This document shows, one piece after another, positions 1-11,410 of a stretch of DNA of 64,000 nucleotides. The DNA is taken from positions 112,468,001-112,532,000 of the forward strand of contig NC_043002.1 of the NCBI RefSeq assembly GCF_006345805.1. Direction: 5' to 3'. The translations under genes were made by a program, and so were the position numbers. The notes beneath the pieces were generated by a model that was not told the origin of the DNA, made no database searches, and saw only the letters and a program-made list of their open reading frames with translations. Source of the DNA: Octopus sinensis. Its lineage: Eukaryota. Position 1 is the first letter of the stretch. The number at the start of each line of letters is the position of its first letter.

Positions 1-312
1 CCCAGACCGGGCGTTGTGAGTTTATTGAGCGAAAACACCTAAAGCTCCACGAGGCTCCGGCAGGGGATAGTGGTGATCCCTGCTGTACTCTTTCACCACA
101 ACTTTCTCTCACTCTTACTTCCTGTTTCTGTTGTACCTGTATTTCAAAGGGCCGGCCTTGTCACTCTCTGTGTCACGCTGAATATCCCCCAGAACTACGT
201 TAAGGGTACACGTGTCTGTGGTGTGCTCAGCCACTTACACGTTAATTTCACGAGCAGGCTGTTCCGTTGATGGGATCAACCGGAACCTCATCGTCGTAAC
301 CGACTTCCATCC
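1..312 (+). mobile_element. SINE family C copy (5' end cut by window edge)
   Basis: Near-identical to full copies at 26015-26399, 34122-34505, 49578-49961 and 11801-12188. Confidence 0.9.
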
Positions 313-1031
313 ATTAATGCTTTATCACACACACAAACACACACACACACAGTCTGCAAGTGTTTCATCTCTTGCATTGCTTTAGTTGGAATAGATGAGT
401 TATGCATACATTAGAGAACACTTTCATCTCTTTTCCAGATAATTCGCACTCGGTAGACTTCAATATAGCATCAAGTCACAGTCGATAAAATAATCACCAA
501 TAAATATATTAATGTTGATTAAGTCCACTTTATATCCGTCCGCTGAACCTTATGAAAATCATACTTTTATGATTATATGTTTTTATTTTTTGTTATTTTA
601 GAAATGCTTATTCTTAAATAATTTTAAATATATTTTTCATCCTAAATTTATGCCGATAATTCATATGAAATAAGAGTCAACATCGGAATGGGAATACGAA
701 CAGTGAAGTATACAGTGAACAAGAGCAAGGCATCCGTGATAGAAATCCTTATAATCGAACCACGTGTTCCAAACAGCACTTGACTTACAAAATTCGTAAA
801 GGCAAAATACACACCCTGATAGGGTAGTTAGTCACTCCATTATTCTGTAGTCGGTTAAACATGTACCAACCAAAACCAGCTACTGTAGCCGATATATTCG
901 AGTCAACAATTTAACCGAAATGCATAATTTTGTTACTCAATGAAAATTCCATCTAGGTTAAACTTTGCGAGTCATACCTTCAGAGCAATAAAACTAATAC
1001 TCATCAAGAACTGACTTTAATTCAATCGATT

Positions 1032-1220
1032 AAGGCGGCGAGCCAACAGAATCGTTATCACGCCGGGAAAAATGCTTAGCGGCATGTCGTCCGCCTCTAC
1101 GTTTAAATTCCTCCGAGATCGACTTTGCCTTTTTATCGTTTCGGGGTCAATAAAATAAGTACCAATTGATCACTAGGTTCAATATAATCGACTCACTCCT
1201 TCCTCTGAAATTACTGGCCA
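1032..1220 (+). mobile_element. SINE family B copy, diverged
   Basis: aaggcggcgagc..cagaatcgtt head and gtcgactttgccttt..tttcggggtc central block shared with 3379-3622. Confidence 0.8.
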
Positions 1221-1982
1221 TATGCTAAAATTTGAAACCATTAATTTAATCAATTCTACTCCTTCAAATTGTCTGGCTTTATGACATTTTAAAAAATCCT
1301 TTTTTTTATAAGTATTCCCAAGCGCTCACTCTAAACTGGCAGTTCGGCGGAACGTAAAAAAGGGTTAGTGGAAGGTATGAGCGACGATGGGAGCGATTTT
1401 GAACAGCGCTGAGGACCTACTGAGTAGTTTCTCTTTGGAGAATGTTTAACTTGACAGTGCTATATAAGAACAGTCTTTGCTTGACAAGGATAAAATCTAC
1501 AGGCAAGAATACAGTAGAGCCGGTAGCTACGAAACTAAGATGTGGACATGGAAAGGAGACCCCTCAAGCTCCACTTAAATCTGTATTGAATGATGGGTTT
1601 ATGTCGAACGGGGGCTATATACAAGGGGTGTCAGGCTTGAACACGAATCAATCGTGAAGGTTACTCTATTGTTTTCCTTTTATAAATATGAGCAGGTAGT
1701 TTTATTCCACAGAGTTTTGTCTCTCGGGCGAAGCACTCATCAAATTCTTTCTGTATCACTTATATATTTACATATATGTATAATTTCATGTGTGTGTGTG
1801 TGTTTGCGTGCTTGTGTGTGTTTGTGTGTGTGTGTGTGTGTAAGTACATATAGTGTAAATACACTTTTGCACACAAACGCATGTATCACACGCCTTCACT
1901 CTCATTTTCACCATCTGACCCTCTCTCCATCTCTCCCCTTACTCCCTCTCTTCCTCCCCCTCTCTCTCCCCTTTTACTCGGA

Positions 1983-2011
<29 letters not shown>

Positions 2012-2014
<3 letters not shown>

Positions 2015-2627
2015 GCAATTAAGGACAACTACTTAATAAGGAAAACTTAACAAGAAATTGTCAGGTAGATAGCGTAAAAACCTCATAACTCTTTACTCTC
2101 TCTTTTACTCTTTTACTTGTTTCAGTCATTTGACTGCGGCCATGCTGGGACACCGCCTTTTAGTCTTATTCTATCGGTCTCTTTTGAACCGAACCGCTAA
2201 GTAACGGGGACATAAGCACACCAGCATCGGTTGTCAAGCAATGCTAGGGGGACAAACACAAACACCCACATACATACATATAGATATATATATATACGAC
2301 AGGCTTCTTTCAGTTTCCGTCTACCAAATCCACTCACAAGGCTTTGGTCGGCCCGGGGCTACAGTAGAAGACACTTGCCCAAGATGCCACGCAGTGGGAC
2401 TGAACCCGGAACCATGTGGCAGGTAGACAAGCTACTTACCACACAGCCACTCCTTTCTTATTTCTTATTGAACATATTAATTTATATATAGAGGGCATTA
2501 TACATACATGCCAGAAGGCATTATACATACATGCCAAACGCTAAGAGGGACAATTAGTCATTTCTACCAAAAATATTACTAATCCCACCGAATGCAATTT
2601 TTCAAAGTAAGACATTTAAAAAATGTA
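2012..2627 (-). mobile_element. Family E (hammerhead-associated, TA-flanked) unit, interrupted by SINE A at 2089-2454
   Basis: Matches 5272-5510 and, in reverse complement, 2770-2910 and 15105-15505; sequence is continuous across the SINE. Confidence 0.75.
2089..2454 (-). mobile_element. SINE family A (tRNA head + CORE-like domain, (TAAAAGAG)n tail)
   Basis: Reverse complement of 23298-23700; A-box-like TGGCTGTGTGG, B-box-like GGTTCAGTCCC, CTTGGGCAAGT CORE-like motif. Resembles octopus OR1/OR2-type CORE-SINEs (recalled, not searched). Confidence 0.9.
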
Positions 2628-2721
2628 ATATATGTAAACTCACCCATGTGCTTCGTTGATGTTGAGCAGTTAGCTGATCGGCTTAAGCGGGGCAGGGTCG
2701 TTGTTTATTTATAATACATTC

Positions 2722-2769
2722 AGGCCTGCTGATGTGTACGTAAGTATGAAATCACTGTGATACAGGTCT
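2722..2769 (+). ncRNA. Type I hammerhead ribozyme motif (A9 replaced by U)
   Basis: AGGCCTG-CTGATGT-GTAC GTAA GTAT-GAAA-TCAC T GTGAT-A-CAGGTCT: 7-bp stem I, GNRA-capped stem II, stem III ATCAC/GTGAT, AUA cleavage triplet. Confidence 0.7.
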
Positions 2770-2935
2770 ATATTTTTTTAATGTCTTACTTTGAAAAATT
2801 GCATTCGGTGGGATTAGTAATATTTTTGGTAGAAATGACTAATTGTCCTCTTAGCGTTTGGCATGTATGTATAATGCCTTTCGGCATGTATGTATAATGC
2901 CCTATATAATAAATATATATATATATATATATATA

Positions 2936-2975
<40 letters not shown>

Positions 2976-3378
2976 GCAGCTGCGGTCATGCTGGAGCACC
3001 ACCATGGGAAGCAATAATAAGTGTGAGATGCTTACAACACCTACGTTTCCTAAACGGTCAACCATCTAAGTAATAACTAGAGTTGACGTTGCTTAATTTC
3101 GGTCATCGGACTAGAACCGGTGCATTCAAAGTGATAATATATATGCGTATATAGGTATGTCTATGTTTATATATGCATTCACATATCTATAACTCTCTTA
3201 TTATGTGTATGTATGTATGCAATAAAGATATATATATAGACACACACACACACACACATATATGTACATGTATGTATGAGTCTCTCCCCGAGTGTTATAC
3301 CGCGCATATTTCTTTGTTGTCTGTTTAGTTGGTTAGCTCCACACCAACCGTCATCGCACAATCATATGATCAAAAACA

Positions 3379-3622
3379 GGTGGCGAGGAAGGTGGCGAGC
3401 TGGCAGAAACGTTAGCACGCCGGGCGAAATCCGAAGCCGTATTTCGTCTGCCGTTACGTTCTGGGTTCAAATTCCGCCGAGGTCGACTTTGCCTTTCATC
3501 CTTTCGGGGTCGATAAATTAAGTATCAGTTACGCACTGGGGTCGATGTAATCGACTTAATCCGTTTGTCTGTCCTTGTTTGTTCCCTCTGTGTTTAGCCC
3601 CTTGTGGGTAGTAAAAGAAATA
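3379..3622 (+). mobile_element. SINE family B, full length, tail type i
   Basis: 16-bp TSD catatgatcaaaaaca (3363-3378 / 3623-3638); A-box TGGCAGAATCG, B-box-like GTTCAAATT; ends gccccttgtgggtagtaaaagaaata. Confidence 0.92.
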
Positions 3623-5189
3623 CATATGATCAAAAACATTCTGTCCCTAATTGTTATATCTTATATTCAGATATGGTGTTTGCATTTGGGTAGATTTTAT
3701 TCAATACGACATTTTTAAAACCATAGGATGTAGCATGCTAAAAAATAAAAACATAACTGCGGTTTTGGCAGTTCACTTGACTAAGCAGAAGTCCTTTTAC
3801 ACCCCACACGTCATTGACCGAAAGAGAAATTCCACCTGAACAAGTAAAGCTCACAGATATGTTCAATTAAGTATTCCACTTGAAGTTAGTTCAAATAAGT
3901 ATTTTCAACAATACCACAGTCTGATGCCCATTCTATCAATACTTCAGAACATTATCTGATTGTAGTAATATATTGATTAAAGAACGTAAAATGAATGAGC
4001 TTATATAATAATGTTTTACAGAATCATATCTGCAATGCAAACATATCATACAACTAATTCTTCTCTTCAGTCTCAGAATTGATTGCAGTTGGTTACGAAT
4101 AATTTTGTAAGCAAAATGGAATTCAACAAAGCAAATTCCAATTTCCTTTGATGAACAATACAGGACATTAAATTAATTCTATTGATTTTGATGGAAAGCC
4201 TTGTCAACTAAATGTCAGATTTCATCTATAACATCATTTAGACTTTAGCTTAGTTTGCCTTACTTTCTAAACATAATTCTAAATGAAATTCATTCTTTTC
4301 AGGCAAAATATGGCCGGAGAAGACCAGATTTCATATCAATAAAATGACTGGGCGTGACGTACGACTATTCCACATGATTTTGCTATTTATCATTCATCTT
4401 TTAATATTTCTGCCAGATTTCATATATATATATATATTAACTGGTCAAAGGTCACTTTAAAAGAAAACGAAATCTCATAGTCAATTCTGTTAACAACGTT
4501 ACTGTTACGCTCGGGCGAAGCTCAAACGAAATATATCGCCTAGAAAGCAATGGCGAAATATAGCTAGTTTGATCAGTGGTAATATAAACCTCATTATATT
4601 CGATTGGTAATCTTAATAGATGGATAAGTCTCTACACTATGTCAATTGACTAAAAAGCGTCAGTATTAACTATAGATTTTTATCCACTAACTTGTAAGAC
4701 TTCTGATCAGAAGAAAGCAGATTTAGAAAGTTTAGAAAATAAATGAAAATAGTAACTGACTAGAGCCCAATATTTGAGGGAAATTCTTAGCATTTAAAAC
4801 GATACTCAGTTTGTAACAGATGCATTAGATATATTGGTGATCGCAGAAAGATGTTATTTTCTTCTAGGCGTAAATTCTGTGAATGTGGAAGAAGCAAATT
4901 GAAAGAGTCACTATTTAGAAACACCAGCGAAAATTTAACGGCTCGCAAGCAATAATATGTTAAAAGAGTCATTGAAAAGTGCATATTTGATAATGTAGTC
5001 TTTGATACACTGTGCCTGGAAAAATATGGAATGGTCACGGTTGAAACATTTTCGAACATAAGTGTGCACAATTCTTGTGCAACTACATGCAAATGTTAGG
5101 TTTTTCATACATGTTTTACATACATGCATACATACATGCATACTTATATATATATACACCGCATATAAAGATACATAAACACACATGTA

Positions 5190-5262
<73 letters not shown>

Positions 5263-5271
5263 ATATATATA

Positions 5272-5579
5272 TATATTAACAATTGAGGATAAAATCTTTA
5301 AAAGAAATTATCAGTAGTCAGCGTGAAAAACCTCGTAAGAGAAAAAATCCGTAAATTCTTCCTCTTTGAAAATATTCATTTATATTATATTGAAGGTACT
5401 ACTATTCGTAGATACCAACACGCTAAGAGGGACCAATGCGGTCAAAACTACTAAAAATAAACAAAATTTACCGAATGCAAGACTTCAAAACACATCATTT
5501 TAAAAAAGAATTCCAGTTACATATCACATGTGATTTCGCATTTAATGCAGAATATGCATTTCATGTTCGTCAGTGCAAC
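5272..5579 (-). mobile_element. Family E unit beginning with a hammerhead and ending in (TA)n
   Basis: Homologous to 2012-2627 and 15105-15505; hammerhead in the same relative position and orientation as at 2722-2910. Confidence 0.75.
5516..5579 (-). ncRNA. Type I hammerhead ribozyme, canonical core
   Basis: Minus strand GTTGCA-CTGACGA-ACATGAAATGCATATTCTGCATTAAATGC-GAAA-TCACATGTGAT-A-TGTAAC: 6-bp stem I, hairpin stem II, 12-nt palindromic stem III ATCACATGTGAT. Confidence 0.88.
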
Positions 5580-5701
5580 AAACTCAAGAAATATAAGAAA
5601 AAACATAACATTACAAACTCGATAGCCAACCGTAGAATTCGTCGTAGCATGTACGAATGTTTATCCTTACATATCTATGAAAATGGCGGGCTTTTTTCGC
5701 A

Positions 5702-5733
<32 letters not shown>

Positions 5734-5780
5734 AATATATATATATATATTATATATATATATATAATATAATATATATC

Positions 5781-5822
<42 letters not shown>

Positions 5823-5901
5823 TATATAACATATATATCTATATATATATATGTATGTATATATATAATATATATGTATGTATATATATAATATATATAT
5901 G

Positions 5902-5939
<38 letters not shown>

Positions 5940-6082
5940 TATATCTGAAAGTGAGCACGTGTTGATGCATGAACTCTGCATGTATATACGCATAATTACA
6001 CCACACATTCTATGTACTATTTCCACAAATGGTTAAATCCAGTGGTAGTACTATGCACACGAGAATATAGTTAAAAGTTCAG

Positions 6083-6118
<36 letters not shown>

Positions 6119-6400
6119 ATATATATATGTATGTATATGTGTATGTATGTATGTATGTATGTTTATGTATGTGTGTATATATATATATGTATATATATAA
6201 ATATATATTACATATATACGAACTATATGATTTTACATACATATATATGCCACACATGTACAAGCACATAAAGTTTCTATAATATGAACAAGACTTACAG
6301 TTCTTGATGCGAATTAGAGAACATTAATGCCAACAGAGAACCTGGAGGTTTAATAACGATGAAATACAATTTCACAATACACAATGCACTGCCTGTTGCA

Positions 6401-6480
6401 TACTCCCGTACTCCGTTTCATACTCCCGTACTCCGTTTCATACTCCCGTACTCCGTTTCGTACTCCCGTACTCCGTTTCG
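6401..6480 (+). repeat. 20-bp minisatellite x4 (tactcccgtactccgtttc[a/g])
   Basis: Direct reading. Confidence 0.95.
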
Positions 6481-6749
6481 TACTCTCTATATTTTATTTT
6501 CCACTGAAACCAAGTTGTTACAGTTCAGAGAACGTAATCATAATACGGGTGGTAGTAAATGATCTCCCTGTTCATCGGTTTAAAGCTATCTTTAAACCAT
6601 TCAGTGGAGCTTTAAATATGGAGGCTACCATACCTTAATAAACGCTTACGAGTGTGTGTATATTTATCTATCTATCTATCTATTTATCTAGCTAGCTAGC
6701 TAGCTCTCTCTATATATATACACACACACATATACACACACACTTCTCC

Positions 6750-7095
6750 AGATACGCCAGCTAAACTTGTACTGTTTATTAGTAGTAAGACACCCGCTGT
6801 TTTTTGTCCTGTTTTTACCATTATTGTTTTTTTGTATTTTATATTCGTGTGGCATCGTCCGTTTTTCTGTCCCTGTTTCGTATACATTCAATCCTTCTTC
6901 CAAGAAATCTAATGCTCGTAGCTTAGATTTTCCTTTGGGGCTGGCTGGATCGGAGCGATCTCAAGGTTAATCAGCCGAAATTGCAAGGATGATCCGGTTT
7001 TTGACTGAAGATTGAAGGATTCGAATGTCCCGTCCGTGTTTTTTGTATCGTCTTCTGAATGTTTTACGTTCTTGTCCCAGTTTGTATTTTTCTAC
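6750..7095 (+). repeat. Dispersed repeat family F (second copy at 14150-14300, minus strand)
   Basis: aatcagccgaaattgc..gatccgg..ttgactgaaga..ttcgaatg.cccgtccgtgttttttgtatcg shared by both copies. Confidence 0.75.
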
Positions 7096-7100
7096 ATACA

Positions 7101-7174
<74 letters not shown>

Positions 7175-7393
7175 TATATATATCTGAACATGTTTAACTA
7201 TATTCTCGCGTGCCTAGTACTACCCAATGGGTTTAACCATTTGTAGACATAGTACATAGAATGTGTGGTGTGATTATGCGTTATACATGCAGAGTTCATG
7301 CATATTCACGCGTGCTCACTTACAGATAACATCTCTCGACTTATGCATATATACTCAGTGAAATATACAGCTGGATTTCACCAATCTACACAA

Positions 7394-9767
7394 AGGCGCA
7401 GGAGTGGCTGTGTGGTAAGTAGCTTGCTAACCAACCACATGGTTCCGGGTTCAGTCCCACTGCGTGCATCTTGGGCAATAGGCGCAGGAGTGGCTGTGTG
7501 GTAAGTAGCTTGCTAACCAACCACATGGTTCCGGGTTCAGTCCCACTGCGTGGCATCTTGGGCAATAGGCGCAGGAGTGGCTGTGTGGTAAGTAGCTTGC
7601 TAACCAACCACATGGTTCCGGTTCAGTCCCACTGCGTGGCATCTTGGGCAATAGCGCAGGAGTGGCTGTGTGGTAAGTAGCTTGCTACCCAACCACATGG
7701 TTCCGGGTTCATCCCACTGCGTGGCATCTTGGGCAATAGGCGCAGGAGTGGCTGTGTGGTAAGTAGCTTGCTAACCAACCACATGTTCCGGTTCAGTCCC
7801 ACTGCGTGGCATCTTGGGCAATAGGCGCAGGAGTGCTGTGTGGTAAGTAGCTTGCTAACCAACCACATGGTTCCGGGTTCAGTCCCACTGCGTGGCATCT
7901 TGGGCAATAGGCGCGCAGGAGTGGCTGTGTGGTAAGTATCTTGCTAACCAACCACATGGTTCCGGGTTCAGTCCCCTGCGTGGCATCTTGGGCAATAGGC
8001 GCAGGAGTGGCTGTGTGGTAAGTAGCTTGCTAACCAACCACATGGTTCCGGGTTCAGTCCCACTGCGTGGCATCTTGGGCAATAGGCGCAGGAGTGGCTG
8101 TGTGGTAAGTAGCTTGCTAACAAAAACATGGTTCCGGGTTCAGTCCCACTGCGTGGCATCTTGGGCAATAGCGCAGGAGTGGCTGTGTGGTAAGTAGCTG
8201 CGCTACCCAACACATGGTTCCGGGTTCAGTCCCACTGCGTGGCATCTTGGGGGCAATAGGCGCAGGAGTGGCTGTGTGGTAAGTAGCTTGCTAACCAACC
8301 ACATGGTTCCGGTTCATGTCCCACTGCTGCGTGGCATCTTGGCAATAGGCGCAGGAGTGGCTGTGTGGTAAGTAGCTTGCTAACCAACCACATGGTTCCG
8401 GTTCAGTCCCACTGCGTGGCATCTGGGCAATAGGCGCAGGAGTGGCTGTGTGGTAAGTAGCTTGCTAACCAACCACATGGTTCCGGGTTCAGTCCCACTG
8501 CGTGGCATCTTGGGCAATAGGCGCAGGAGTGGCTGTGTGGTAAGTAGCTTGCTAACCAACCACATGGTTCCGGGTTCAGTCCCACTGCGTGGCATCTTGG
8601 GCAATAGGCGCAGGAGTGGCTGTGTGGTAAGTAGCTTGCTAACCAACCACATGGTTCCGGGTTCAGTCCCACTGCGTGGCATCTTGGGCAAGGAGGCGCA
8701 GGAGTGGCTGTGTGGTAAGTAGCTTGCTAACCACCACATGGTTCCGGTTCAGTCCCACTGCGTGGCATCTTGGGCAATAGGCGCAGGAGTGGCTGTGTGG
8801 TAAGATAGCTTGCTAACCAACCACATGTTCCGGTTCAGTCCCACTGCGTGGCATCTTGGGCATAGGCGCAGGAGTGGCTGTGTGGTAAGTAGCTTGCTAA
8901 CCAACCACATGGTTCCGGGTCAGTCCCCACTGCGTGGCATCTTGGGCAATAGGCGCAGGAGTGGCTGTGTGTAAGTAGCTTGCTAACCAACCACATGGTT
9001 CCGGTTCAGTCCCACTGCGTGGCATCTTGGGCAATAGGCGCAGGAGTGGCTGTGTGGTAAGTAGCTTGCTAACCAACCACATGGTTCCGGGTTCAGTCCC
9101 ACTGCGTGGCATCTTGGGCAATAGGCGCAGGAGTGGCTGTGTGGTAAGTAGCTTGCTAACCAACCACATGGTTCCGGGTTCAGTCCCACTGCGTGGCATC
9201 TTGGGCAATAGGCGCAGGAGTGGCTGTGTGGTAAGTAGCTTGCTAACCAACCACATGGTTCCGGGTTCAGTCCCACTGCGTGGCATCTTGGGCAATAGGC
9301 GCAGGAGTGGCTGTGTGGTAAGTAGCTTGCTAACCAACCACATGGTTCCGGGTTCAGTCCCACTGCGTGGCATCTTGGGCATATGCGCAGGAGTGGCTGT
9401 GTGGTAAGGTAGCTTGCTAACCAACCACATGGTTCCGGGTTCAGTCCCACTGCGTGGCATCTTGGCAATAGGCGCAGGAGTGGCTGTGTGGTAAGTAGCT
9501 TGCTAACCAAAAACATGGTTCCGGGTTCAGTCCCACTGCGTGGCATCTTGGGCAATAGGCGCAGGAGTGGCTGTGTGGTAAGTAGCTTGCTAACCACCAC
9601 ATGGTTCCGGGTTCAGTCCACTGCGTGGCATCTTGGGCAATAGCGCAGAGTGGCTGTGTGGTAAGTAGCTTGCTTACCAACCACATGGTTCCGGGTTCAG
9701 TCCCACTGCGTGGCATCTTGGGCAAGTGTCTTCTGCTATAGCCCCGGGCCGACCAATGCCTTGTATA
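7394..9767 (+). repeat. Tandem array of ~27 x 87-bp SINE-A tRNA-like heads; last unit continues into the SINE body
   Basis: Unit aggcgcaggagtggctgtgtggtaagtagcttgctaaccaaccacatggttccgggttcagtcccactgcgtggcatcttgggcaat; period 87 (e.g. 8521 to 8608). Confidence 0.97.
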
Positions 9768-9781
9768 TAGAGAAATAGAGA

Positions 9782-9814
9782 GACAGACGGAAAGACAAAC
9801 AGAAAGACAGACAA

Positions 9815-9867
<53 letters not shown>

Positions 9868-9876
9868 CAGATAGAC

Positions 9877-9907
<31 letters not shown>

Positions 9908-9916
9908 TAGATAGAT
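9782..9916. repeat. (GATA)n/(GACA)n microsatellite; similar tracts at 20657-20773, 25305-25425, 28203-28450, 59502-59635
   Basis: Direct reading. Confidence 0.95.
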
Positions 9917-10369
9917 ACATGCATTATAATACAAAATACAAAAATTAAATACATTAACACATATACATACGCACTTACGAAAAAGAGAATATGAATGAAA
10001 GTAATATTAGGAGTAATGTGAGTGATGGTAGGTCAGAGCATGTTTTTTACGATACTCTATGTGTAATACAAGAGAAACCACTAAAAACTCATGCAAACAC
10101 ATGCAACAGCAGCCATGTTCTCTAACGTTTGTTGTGCTATACTGAGACGCATCTCGCTTTGTTTTCAAAAAGTTGACGGTGCAATGAGTCATATTAAACA
10201 AGCAAGCAATGCAAGCACACGCGCATAGGAAGACAACACACGAATATACACGTGCACACACACGATACATAAATATATACGTATACTGCACTATTTTAGG
10301 TAACAAGTCATTTATACACTAGATGTCTTATCAATATAAATGTAGAAATGTACATGTATAAAATTATAT

Positions 10370-10835
10370 ACTCTTTTACTATTTTACTCTTTTACTTGTT
10401 TCAGTCATTTGACTGCGGCCATGCTGGAGCACCGCCTTTAGTCGAGCAAATCGACCCCGGAACTTATTCTTTGTAAGCCCAGTACTTATTCTATCGGTCT
10501 CTTTTGCCGAACCGCTAAGTGACGGGGACGTAAACACACCAGCATCGGTTGTCAAGCAATGCTAGGGGGACAAACATACACACATACACATATATACATA
10601 TATATACATACAGGGTGTCCCCAAAAAATGTATACACACCTTAAATAATTGTAAATTTGTTATTCTTTGTAAGCCTAGTACTTATTCTATCGTTCTCTTT
10701 TGCCGAACTACTATGTGTATACATTTTTTTGGGACACCCTGTATATACGACAGGCTACTTTCAGTTTCTGTCTACCAAATCCACTCACAAGGCATTGGTC
10801 GGCCCGAGGCTATAGCAGAAGACACTTGCCCAAGA
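10370..10835 (-). mobile_element. SINE family A copy lacking the head, split by a MITE
   Basis: Reverse complement of family A body and tail. Confidence 0.88.
10611..10741. mobile_element. Tc1/mariner-type MITE (~130 bp) with ~28-bp TIRs
   Basis: ta|cagggtgtccccaaaaaatgtatacaca ... tgtgtatacatttttttgggacaccctg|ta; TA flanks. Confidence 0.8.
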
Positions 10836-10838
10836 CCC

Positions 10839-10891
<53 letters not shown>

Positions 10892-10914
10892 AGGTGAAAA
10901 AGCAGATGTAAGTC

Positions 10915-11228
10915 TGAGACATTTCAATTTAAGAGGGAATTTAATAAAAATGATTTTAAAAATCATACAAAGAAATTATTACTGGTTTCGATGAATCTCA
11001 CCTTATCAAATATGGGTAAAAACTTATAAAAATTGAAAAATAGTTTATCTTTTGTCTGGGGGTCAGACATGTTCTTCACCTCCAGACAGAAAATAAACTA
11101 TTTTTATTTCGAATTTTATAATTTTTGCTCATATTTCATAAGATGAGATTCATTTAAATCTGTAATATTTTCTTTATATAATATTTAAAATCATTTTTAT
11201 TAAATTTCCTCTCAAATTGCAATGTCTC
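10915..11228. repeat. ~315-bp imperfect fold-back palindrome with a hammerhead-like motif in each arm
   Basis: Arms gagacatttcaattt..ttttgtctggggg and ctccagacagaaaa..aattgcaatgtctc; centre near 11065. Confidence 0.85.
10976..11013 (-). ncRNA. Minimal type I hammerhead motif, U3-A8 variant
   Basis: ATAT-TTGATAA-GGTGA GAT TCATC-GAAA-CCAG-T-A-ATAA; the partner arm at 11131-11168 (+) is degenerate. Confidence 0.55.
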
Positions 11229-11364
11229 CATCTTTTATATATAAATTTGATTTCTATAGATCTCTAATCTTTTTCAACTATATATAATTATATATTATAT
11301 TATATATATATATATATATACATTTTTATTAAAGCTGCAAAAAACATCACAAAATTTCACAATA

Positions 11365-11410
11365 AAAACTTCTACTCAGAGTTTCACGTACCCGTTCGTC
11401 GGACTGTTTT
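11365..11410 (-). ncRNA. Minimal type I hammerhead motif, CCGACGA core (U4C), weak stem I
   Basis: CAGT-CCGACGA-ACG GGTA CGT-GAAA-CTC T GAG-T-A; same family as 12792-12946. Confidence 0.55.

Larger units (their letters stand above)
5941..7328. repeat. Inverted pair of a ~140-bp TA-flanked repeat (5941-6082 and 7183-7328)
   Basis: gtgagcacgtg..gcatgaactctgcatgtat..gagaatatagttaaa is the reverse complement of tttaactatattctc..atacatgcagagttcatgc..gcgtgctcac. Confidence 0.8.

Noticed and set aside
3080-3120. CCGATGACCGAAA hammerhead-like string on the minus strand
   Set aside because: No stem II and no convincing stem III or stem I; at most a remnant
4500-4570. Helitron-like 3' end (cgcc..ggcg..CTAGt)
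   Set aside because: Weak hairpin and no matching 5' end found
6990-7045. Hammerhead in family F (CTGAAGA..GAAT..GTC; also 14190-14240 minus)
   Set aside because: Core start is present, but no stem II or stem I pairing in either copy and GAAT replaces GAAA
7394-9767. CRISPR-like or tRNA gene array
   Set aside because: Units are contiguous with no unique spacers; they match the SINE-A head and I could not fold them into a full cloverleaf
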